DNA of 64,000 nt from Geosiphon pyriformis uo1 (lineage: Eukaryota; Fungi; Glomeromycota): the NCBI GenBank assembly GCA_016748015.1, contig JAAOMT010000012.1, positions 1-64,000 on the forward strand, in the 5' to 3' direction. Position 1 is the first letter of the stretch; the number at the start of each line of letters is the position of its first letter. Below, in pieces: positions 53,687-64,000 of this stretch. Below the pieces are notes generated by a model. That model saw only the letters and a list, made by a program, of their open reading frames with translations. It did no database searches and had not been told where the DNA came from. The translations under genes were made by a program, and so were the position numbers.

Positions 53687-53704
53687 TGGTGCTTTCTGTA
53701 AGAT
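53687..53704 (+). promoter_or_regulatory. Primer binding site (tggtgctttctgtaagat), possibly elongator tRNA-Met
   Basis: Starts with TGG 2 nt after the LTR. Equivalent sites at 54822 (+), ~19430-19446 (-) and ~16850-16865 (-). Confidence 0.7.
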
Positions 53705-53916
53705 ATAATCCTACAGAAAACCAGCACCAGTAACAACTATTCAAAAGTGGCAGAATCAGAAATAATAGGAACAAATTATTTAGAATTTGCCAAATTTTTA
53801 TTCCAATATTATTGTTAACATTTGGGATTAACCAGCAATCACTTATTAGCAGAATCAGTCTTTAATTTCTACATCAACAAAAAAATTTTATAGTACTTAG
53901 AAGAATTAGTAAATAT

Positions 53917-56861
53917 TGTTATTCATAGAATATAAGAATTAAATATTAATACATAAATTAGCCAATCAGAATAAATGTAGTAAAAATAAAATTCCAGAAT
54001 TTCAGGAATTTCAGGATTCTTGTATGAAGAATTGCAGGATTCTAGAATTTTAGTATTTTTCTCAAAAAAATTGCAGAATTCCTGGCTAGAAAATTGAGAA
54101 ATTCAAGGAATTTCGTACAATAAAATTTATGTATATATAGCAATAGTATCAGAAACTAGAAAATTAGTCAAGGAAACTCAAAGTCAATTAAATTCATAAA
54201 TCATAATTATTAAAAATACAAAAAAAAAGAGGCCTCTCAGTTTAAATTTAATCTAAGTAATCTCTCAAATCACAAATATCAATAAATAACTATTTGTTAT
54301 CTCAATCCACTTTCCACTATTAATACTTCATGTTGATCTCTACTTGACTACACTAGAACAATAGCTCTTGATCACGGCTATTGACGGATACTAACTTGTA
54401 AATTATCTTGGCTAATTTCTTTATTTATTTTATTTTCTTTCTTTATTTTCTTTTCTTTGATTTTATTGTTGTATACTAATTAATTGAGAATTAAAGCACT
54501 AAAGTACAGACATTATAGGGACTGGTAAAAGATCTATGAAACAAGAGTAAAATACTCATAGATTTGAGGATAGCTTACTAGAAAAATTACTGACCACCAT
54601 GCTAAGAAAAAAATTTAACAGAATTGCAATTTCAGAAGACTACTGAAAACCACTATTGAATCTCTGTCTATTATACAAAAGACTCAACCATAAAATCTTC
54701 AGATAACAAAAACCTTCAGATAATAATAACATACCAATATTACTATCATTATCAAGCACTATAATACCAAGTTACAGATTTGTTATTTGTTTCAAGATCC
54801 CAAATAATCACCTGTAACATTTGGTGCTCCTTGTAAGATATAATCCTACAGAGAACCAGCATCAACCAACAACTATCCAAAAGTGGCAGACCAAGAAAAA
54901 ACAAAAGAAAATTACTTAAAATTTACAAAATCCTTATTTTACCATTACCTTTAAAAAACTTGTTAAATTAAAACTCTAATCATTCAAAACCTGATCATTA
55001 AAACCCCAAACATTCGAAAATTACCATTGATAAACTCCTTAAAAACTCATTAAATTAAAACTCTGTTTATTTAAAACCTGATAAATTCCAACCTCACTAG
55101 TATAGAAAGAAACTTATCTTTGGTAAAACTCGTTAAAAGTTAAAATTTTGATTATTCAAGACTCAATTGTTTAAAACCTGAACATTTGAAACCCAATAAG
55201 TCTAACTCCACTATTGAAAAAAAAAACTTACCTTAAATAAAACCTGTCAAACCTCTAGAAATTCAAAACTCCAATTATTTAAAGACCTGTTGGAAGAATT
55301 CCAGAAAAAAACTACTCAGATTTATACTTACCTGTGCAAAGACTGCCTTTTTTTATACCAAAAGTCAGCATTGAGAAAGTATTAATACAAAAAAGACTTA
55401 GAGAAAAAAAAGAAATTTGAGAATTAGCAATACCAAAATCAATAAACAAATCATTAAAACTCACTTGACAGCCCTGAGTCACAATCCACTTCCATGCATT
55501 ATATATTCAAACTCTAAGGAAGATGAGCTAATTAGTGAGAATCGGAATTGGAACTTAATTCCAATTTAAACTTTACTAATGATGATGATAATAATTCAAA
55601 CTCTGCCAACAATAACAACAATGATTCAAACTCTACTTCAAACACCAAACAATATATCATGCTTCTAAATCTTATAATAAAGCAGAAATTAACTAAATTC
55701 AGTGATAATAATAAAAGCATTATGTCTGAACATGCACATAATACAGATGCAAGATTTGAACATAGATATTTTGGACAAATCACTATAGTTAAAAACTCCA
55801 GTCATATATAAAATTAGATTTACAAATAGCAATAGAAATTACAGCAACAACATTGATACAAAAGAGAGATTTAGAAGATTTTACAGAAGCTTAATATTAA
55901 AAGAGAGAATAATATTATTCATAAAATATAGGAATTAAATATTAGTACATAAATTAGCCAATCAGAATAAACATAGTAAAAATGAAATTCCAAAATTCTT
56001 CTCAGAGAAATTGCAAAATTCCAGGAATTTCAGAATTCTCATATAAAAAATTGCAAGATTCCAGAATTTCAGTATTCTTCTCAAAGGAATTGCAGAATTT
56101 CAGAAATTCCAGAATTCCTGGCTAGAGAATTGAGGAATTCAAGAAATCTTGTACAATAAAATTTATGTATATATAGCAGTAGTATTAGAAGCTAGAAAAT
56201 TAGTCAAGGAAACTCAGAGTTAATTAGACTCACAAATCATAATTATTAAAAATACAAAAAAAAAAGAGGCCTCTCAGTTTAGATTTAATTTAAGCAACCT
56301 CTCAAATCACAAATATCAATAAATAACTATTTGTTATCTTAATCTACTTTCCACTATCAACACTTTATGTTGATAGTAATCTCTACTTAACCACACTAGA
56401 ACAATAGCTCTTGATTATGGCTATTAATAGATACTAACTTGCAAATTGCCTTGGCTTATTTTTTTACTTCTTTTATTTTCTTTTTTTTTTTATTTTCTTT
56501 GATTTTATTGTTGTATACTAATTAATTGAAAATTAAAGCACTAAAGTACAAACATTATAGGGACTAGTAAAAGACCCATGAAACAAGAGTAAAACACTCA
56601 TAAATTTGAGAATAACTTATCAGGAGGATTACTGGCCACCATGCTGAGAAAAAAATTTGACGGAATTGTGATTTTGGAAGACTACTGAAAACCACTATTA
56701 AATCTCTGTCTATTATACAAAGGACTCAACTATAAAATCTTCAGATAACAAAAACCTTCAGATAATAACAACATACTAATATTACTATCATTATTAACCA
56801 CTGTAGCACTAAGTTACAAGTTTGTTATTTGACTTGAGATCCCAAATAATTACTTGTAACA
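53917..56861 (+). mobile_element. Complete non-autonomous LTR element (2.95 kb) nested in E1 gag
   Basis: LTRs 53917-54819 and 55913-56861, PBS at 54822, PPT aaaagagagaataa at 55899-55912, 4-bp TSD atat/atac. The 1.1-kb interior has no RT or IN. E1 gag resumes at 56862. Confidence 0.9.
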
Positions 56862-59800
56862 ATACCAAATTTACAAAAAAAAATATCTACAATAAATTAA
56901 TTCAAAACACCAGTTTATTAGTAATTTATAATTTCACATCAATTATTACTAAAATCAATCAAGAAATTAAATATTACATCCAACAAAAATACCCAATCAC
57001 TTATGCAAACAAGAACAAAAAAAAACTACAAATCTTAGCAGTAACTTCTTAAAAAATACAACCATCTACTTAGAAAAAACCAAAAGTTGAGTTATCAATC
57101 TATCTATTATACCACCATATATCCAGAAGTACCATCAATATTACATCAACAAATGTAGCCACTTCAAACATAAAAATGCCAGTAGTTTAAATTCCATTTC
57201 AAAGTTAACAATTAAAAACTGACCTATTAAGAACATATGGAGGGTATTTTAAGAAATTTAAATTGCAATCACCAATGCCATCAAGATTTTAATCACTGCA
57301 ACCACAACCAAATTTTAGAACCATTAGTTTATGAAAAATAATAGAATCAGAAGAAAAAGAAGATAAAAATCAGGAATTTAATTATCAAAACCCAATCCTA
57401 AAAAACTCAGAAATACAAACTCCAATTATTCTAATTCAACAAAATCAGAACAATTTAAACACCACTTTTATTGTTCCCCAAAACTTACCTCCAGTAATTA
57501 TAATTGATTCACCACCAGTTCTATTAATTGCTAAATAGCAACAACAACAGCCACAACTGCCATCTTAGCAACAACTTTAACAACAATCACAATCATAACA
57601 ATATTAATTACCACTAGCACCAATGGCTTATGCTCTAATTATCAAACTCAAAAAATTCATTGGAGAAAAAAATGATGCCTAAGTATGGCTCAATGATGTG
57701 GAAAAAGTTATTGTAACCAATGGATGAAACAATGCAAAAGCATTATAAGCAATTCCATATTTTTTTCAGGATACAACCAATTTATGATATCAAAGTCTGA
57801 TCCAGAAACTCCAAGATTTTAACACATTTAAAGTTGAATTTTTGAAATATTTTAGTAATAATAATAGCGTTAATTGCCTAGCAAATATTTTTACTACCAT
57901 CAAACAAGGAGATACTAAAGCAGTTATTACTTACTTAGGATACTTCTATTACAATTTACACTAAATTCAAGTTATTAACACCAGTTATTTTACAGAAGTG
58001 CAGATCTTGAATCAGTTTATTTGCAGACTACACAGTAGTATTCTACAATGTATATGCCCATTATATCTAGTAACACTATAAACAGTAGTCACACATGTCA
58101 AAAATTTTGAATCAGCTGAGCTAGAAGCCAACTATGCTCAAGCCATTAACCTAGTAATGAATAAATCATCTAACTTGAATTCCAAATTGAAACAATTTAG
58201 TAATTCAATCAATCAGAAATTGAAAGGATACTTAGTTAACAACAATTAGATCATATATCACCTGCCATAATATTGCAACAACTTCAGAGCCTTTAATTGA
58301 CACCAAAATTAGTCATGTTCTGTATTATCATTAACTTAACCATTATAATAGCAAAAAATTTATATTTGCCACAATTGTGGTAAACAAAATCACATCAGGG
58401 TTGACTGTTATGCCAAAATAAATAATCAATAATCGAGAAATCAATATTGAAATCCCAATTGCAAATTTCAAATCCTGAACTATATTAACAATCAATTGAA
58501 TAAACTATATTAATATTAACTCTATTACTCATAGAAAATACAACAACCAATATATATACTTTCAATCTATCAAACCTCAGTTCCAGTTATTTATCAACTA
58601 CAGTCACTAATCTATTCCTATACTGTCACAAAACCCAACTCAAATGTCATCCAGAAACCAAAAACCAAGAATTACACATACACAGCAAAATTGGAGATCA
58701 GCAATAATAATACACCAACCAATCTCCAATTTATTCAATCAGCTATCAAGATTTTACCAGTGGGATTTAAATACTGGATACAATTAGAATCTGTATTCTC
58801 AAAACTATTTAAGTCTTTTGGCTACTCCAGAAGATATCTAATTCAACAAACTAGAAACTAATCAAAAACAAACACTTACCAATAACATTCTATCTACAAC
58901 TGTTACAGAAGATGAATCTCTCACTGTGATATTTTTTTTTGAAATAAAAATGTTATTTAAAACATTATTATTTAATAAAACTGCACTAAACACCAAATTT
59001 ATCACCACTATATACACTAATACTAAAGTTGATGGTCAATACATTAAGCTAATTCTTAATAGCAGTTCAGCAAACAACATTATTACATGACAACTCATGG
59101 ACCAATTAGGTTACCAAGTTGATTGAGCTGTTAGTGCCAGAATTATCATAGTGAATAGAGCAACAAAAATTTCAATTGGCAAGATTGACAACTTCTTGTT
59201 CAAAATTAATAGTATTATTACATTTATAAAGGTTTTCATCATGGAAGTCACACAATACCAAGTGTTAGTTGATAATAACTGGCTATTCAAAACCAATACA
59301 GTACTTGATTGAACCACACAAGAACTTTAGCTCAGCCAGAACAGTCAGCATACATAAGTATTAGCAACTTGTGGATATTTCAAAATTACCATATTAGCAC
59401 CACCAATAGAATTTGAAGAAAAAAAAAAAACCTACTTGGAAAGCCTATCAAGTCTTATGGACTGATATTAACCACAACAAGTTGTTATTGATACTTTTTT
59501 GGAACAATAAAAAAAAAAAAAAAAGAAGACAAATTACAAGAAGATATTACTACCAGCAAAATTACCAATGGTTGAAAAAAATTCTATTCGACTAGCATTA
59601 GACCAAAATCACTATATATTTTATTCAAATACAAAGACTACAAGAAAAAGCTGTCTTTTATGAAGCTTAGGTTACACTTGACAAAGATTACTGGATATGT
59701 ACATATTACTACTGCAAGTCATCCCACTGTGAACATTATGGCTATCTAAAAAGACAAAAAAAGTGGGACAATAAGCTGTGTTTCACTTATGGGAAAATCC

Positions 59801-60489
59801 TACTTAATAAAAGAATGTAAAATGACATTTTTAGTTGAGAAGAAACATGTGATATTTTATGCCAATACATAATTTTCATAAACAACTGGGTAAGTTTTAG
59901 AACACTCTTTATTACTACATGAAACTGAGCAATCTTATGCTTAGATGGTTATTTACATGATAAAGATAAGATCTGGTAAATAGCAACTGCCTAAGTTGAA
60001 GGTATATTGTTCAGCAAAATCATAGAAATTAAAAACAACTCACTAAAACCAGTTAAAACTGTTTTTATTTTCAATCTAAATGCATTTTTTGATATTGAAA
60101 CTGCCCCAAAAGAATTTCATAAACACTACTAGAATTTAGCACCAACCAGACAAAAACAAGAGCAATGTTTAAAACAACTAAACATTCAACTATGTAACTA
60201 TTGTTTAATACTATGTAACTTTTAGTATTGCAATAATTGTAACTTAATCTTCAATCTACTTCTACACATGATCTACACAATTTCAAAAAAAGAAGAACCA
60301 ATCAGCAGCTGCAAAATGAAATCTGAATTGCCACTTAATTATGATTTAAACTCTGACAATAATGACAATAATAATAGTTTTAGCTTTGTTTTATATGGCA
60401 ATGACAACAGTGAAAATTTAAACTCCAATTCAAACTTAGAACAATACATCATGCTTTCTGATCTTTTAAAAAAGCAAGAACTTAAATAG

Positions 60490-60905
60490 TTTAGTAATAA
60501 TAATGAAAATATTATGCCAGAACATATGCATAATACTGATGCAAGATTTAATTTTAGATATTCTGAAAAAGATGCCATTAAATTAGAACCACATTTGTGC
60601 ACATGTATTGATCTAAAAGTAGCACTAGAAATTCTGGCAACAACAATGATTCAATTAGCATTTAGATCTAGTTTGGCAAAAAAGAGAATCAACATTAGAA
60701 GAGAAATAATTGATGCAAAATATGTAAAAAATATTATTGCAATGCTACAAAACAATTCAGAAAAACCATATATTATTGAACCAAATGAAAAAATAGTACA
60801 GGCAATATTCTTACCTTTAGTAAAAATAGCTCAGTTAGTATTAGTAAAAAAAAAGAAAGAGTTAGAGTATAGCAAGAAAAAAAATAGATTCAAATTAATA
60901 AGTAA
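60490..60905 (+). pseudogene. Retrotransposon-encoded dUTPase domain (E1); second copy at ~49925-50340 (-) in E2
   Basis: ORF 60514-60975 has PEHMHNTDARFNFR (motif 1), RSSLAKK (2), IIDAKYVKNI (3), EKIVQAIF (4) and a decayed motif 5. Conserved Gly codons have become Arg/Lys/Glu via G>A. Confidence 0.85.
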
Positions 60906-63900
60906 GATAAATATACTAGTTAATATAACAGAGGAAAAAGTTATTGACAAGAGAGAAATTATCTCTATCTGTTAATCAATTTTCATTCTATCATATGACC
61001 AGTATTTAATAGTTATAAAAAAAAAAGTGAGAGATCAACTCCAAATTTTCAAGCAAAAACCACTATTTGTGAATTAGAAGAGATTGCAATCACCAATCTC
61101 TATATACTGGCTAAAAATAACAAACACATCAAAATTCTTATCCACAATACAACTGAAAACACCATCAAAATACTAAGTGAAACTATCATTGAATATTTAA
61201 GCATTAAAATTAAAAACCAACTACCAAATACCATTCCAGACTTTTTATAACTGTGTAAATATGTGGACATTACATCACAAACAATATATGGATAAGAAAA
61301 ATGCTATTTGCTCTAACCAAAACAATTAGAACAAATAAACTTTAAAAACTTAGACCTACTTCAACAAATGCAGCTCAAAATATTGCTTAACAATTTTACT
61401 GACATCTTTGCCAATGAAAATAAATTTGGCAAAACAGACATTATCCAGCACTAGATCAAAACTGGAGATATAATACCAATTAAACAAAAAGCATACAGAG
61501 TACCACCAGCAAGCCATGAAATCATTTAACAGAAAATCAATCAGATATTAGACAATGGGTTATTTCAACTATCAATGAGTTCATAGTTATTACTAATAGT
61601 ACTAGTCAGAAAAAAAAATAGAAAAATCTGCTTTTGTGTAAATTATATAAAACTTAATAGTGTCACTCATAAAGACAGCTATCCAACTTTATGAATCTAA
61701 AAATTGTTTGATGCTTTTAGAAGAAAGAAATTATTCTTTACTTTAAATTTAAACAGTAGTTATTGACAAGTAATTATGAATTTAGCCAACAAGAAGAAAT
61801 ACCACCAGAGAAAAAAACTTTGAATTTGAAGTTATGTTATTTAGTTTAACTAATATACCAGCCACTTTCCAATAACTTATAAAAATTGTTTATACTGGAC
61901 TACTATGGAAATCAGTTATTGTTTATTTAGATGACACCAACATATTTTCAAAAACATTTGATAATTATCTGCATTATTTACAGCAAGTGTTTGAGAAATT
62001 GAGACAAACAGAGCTAAAACTAAATGCTACCAAGTGCTTTTTTGGCAAAACAGAACTGAAATTCTTGGAACATATTATAAGCAAAGATAGCATCAAAACA
62101 AATTCAGACAAAATTGAGATTATCAAAAACTTTTTAGTACCAATAAATCTCACAAAATTAAGAGCATTTGCTGGATATTACTGTCACTTTATCCAGAATT
62201 TCTCCAAACTGGCTTAACCATTTTACTAGCTTCAAGCCAAAAATATGAAATATAAATAAATAAAAACTTAGCAAAACACTTTCAATATACTAAGAAAAAA
62301 GCTTATTTAAGCACCAATATTAATCTATTTAGATCATAACAAGCCATTTATTATCACTACTGATGCATCTGGTCAAGCATTGGGAGCAGTATTATCTCAG
62401 AAAAAACCAGATAGATGAGAACATCTAATAGTATATGCCAGCTGAAGTTTGAGCCCAGCTAAAAAAAACTATGGAACATCAGCACTAGAATATTTGGCTA
62501 TTTATTGGGCAGTTATCAAATAAAAAGAGTATTTAAGCCAGAAATTTAAAGTATATACTAATCACAAAAAATTGACATCAATTCAAAAGCAAAAATTTGG
62601 AAATGATCATCATGCCAGATAGAAAATAGAACTTTTATCATTCAAATATACAGTATATTATAAAAAGAAAAAAAAATGAAAATACTAATGGTTTGTCACA
62701 AATAAAACAAATCTAAGAACATTTTAATCCAAAAATATAACAAAAAATGAATACACAAAAATATCAATAACTCCAATATTATATCAATACCCAGCAGTTT
62801 AAGGAAAAATTATCTCAAAAAAAACAAAACAACATAAAACAACAATCAAAATATTTTATTACACACCAAAATATACTATATTGAAAAAACAGAAAAGATT
62901 CAGATCTATTACTCAAAGTAATTACAGAACTAAAAAAAAACAATACTATACAACATGCACTCAAATTCAATCACAAGACATTTTCATAAAAAAGTAACTA
63001 TAGAAAGAACCAGAAAGAGATATTATTTGCCATTAATGTATCCAAACATTATGCAATATGTTCAAAATTGTAATGCTTATCAGAAAAAAAGAGAAACAAG
63101 ACCCAATAAACTATTAAGACCAATCAAAATGGGACAACCATTTAATAAAATTGGAATTAAATTAGTCAAATCATTAACAATAACCAGTAGAGACAATTAT
63201 TATATAGCAATAGTCATGAACTATCTCACAAAATAGCCAGAGACAAAAGCAATTCAAAAAACAAATGCAGAATCCATAGCCAAATTTGTTTACCAAGATT
63301 TAATTTGTCAACACTAATGTCCAAAAAAATTATTATCAGATCAAGAAACCCACTTTGTAAACATTACATTAACAGAATTAAGCCAAAGATTTGGAATTAA
63401 AAAATTATTATTATTATCATATTATTTACAAACAAATAATTTAATAGAAAAATTCAACAGAACATTGTGTAAAGCAATTGCCAAAATCAATCAAGAAAAC
63501 TAGAATGAATAGAATTTATTTATATCATTAGTACTATTTGTTTATTGGACAATAAAGCAAGATATTACACAAGCAACACCATTTGAACTTGTTTATGATA
63601 GAACAGCAATATTACCAGTTGAGATAAAAGTCAATACATATCCAACAAAACTAATAACAAAAGCCAATTTCTAAAGAACATTGCTAAAAAGAACGTACAA
63701 ATTAATGAAAACATTGAAAAACAAAAGACAAAGAGCAGCTAAAAACATTCAAAGATCACAGAAAAACAAAAAAAATAACATAATAACCAATTACCAGATA
63801 AACCAGTTGAATTCAGGATTAGAGACAAAGTATTTTTATATCATACCAAAACAGAAAAACAATGAAGTGAAAAATTTGATCCCAAATAGGATAGACTATT

Positions 63901-64000
63901 TCACATTGAAAAAATTTTAGAAAATAAAGTTTACAAACTAAGATAAAATAACGAAATCTTAGCCAAAGCAACACATAGAAATCGATTAAAACCATATTAC

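Larger units (their letters stand above)
52768..64000 (+). mobile_element. Ty3/gypsy family A element (E1), runs off the window: LTR-PBS-gag-PR-Cys-rich-dUTPase-RT-RNase H-IN
   Basis: Gag knuckle ICHNCGKQNHIRVDC (~58363), PR relic (~59049), VYLDD (61921), ITTDASG (~62353), integrase HHCC/core relics (62955-63480), and a C-terminal GPF-type region with RLKPY (~63983). Many TGG/CAA-derived stops. Confidence 0.93.

Noticed and set aside
36967-64000. Alternative genetic code or read-through to explain frequent in-frame stops
   Set aside because: Stops (TAA, TAG and TGA alike) fall at Trp/Gln/Arg codons and differ between copies, with frameshifts too. This is mutational decay.
45451-64000. Giant inverted repeat as a TIR element or assembly fold-back
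   Set aside because: The arms are substantially diverged and asymmetric, and the junction is exactly an LTR start. It is a nested antisense insertion.

Overview
Left end of a eukaryotic chromosome: a (CCCTAA)n telomere followed by ~63 kb of very AT-rich subtelomeric DNA. Almost all of it is nested, decayed transposons and decayed host multigene-family copies. The gene content (kinase-SEL1 genes, a Crinkler-type REase gene, L1-like LINEs with RNase H, dUTPase-bearing Ty3/gypsy elements) suggests a Glomeromycotina fungus such as Geosiphon or an AM fungus; this is inference, not database-checked. Only one apparently intact gene is visible (29903-31033, minus strand, Crinkler-like, running into an N gap). 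The repeats are eroded by C>T/G>A transitions in many contexts, ranging from CpG-depleted but readable elements to near-pure AT desert. Most notable: (1) a RIP-like, context-broad transition erosion that also hits host gene paralogs; (2) a gypsy family with an unknown Cys-rich domain plus dUTPase between protease and RT, an extra ORF after integrase and a non-autonomous derivative; (3) an ORF1-only (HAL1-like) retroelement sharing the LINE 3' end; (4) an in-register CCCTAT/AAATAT telomere-variant array. Boundaries of the decayed elements are approximate, and protein readings of decayed regions were reconstructed by eye.
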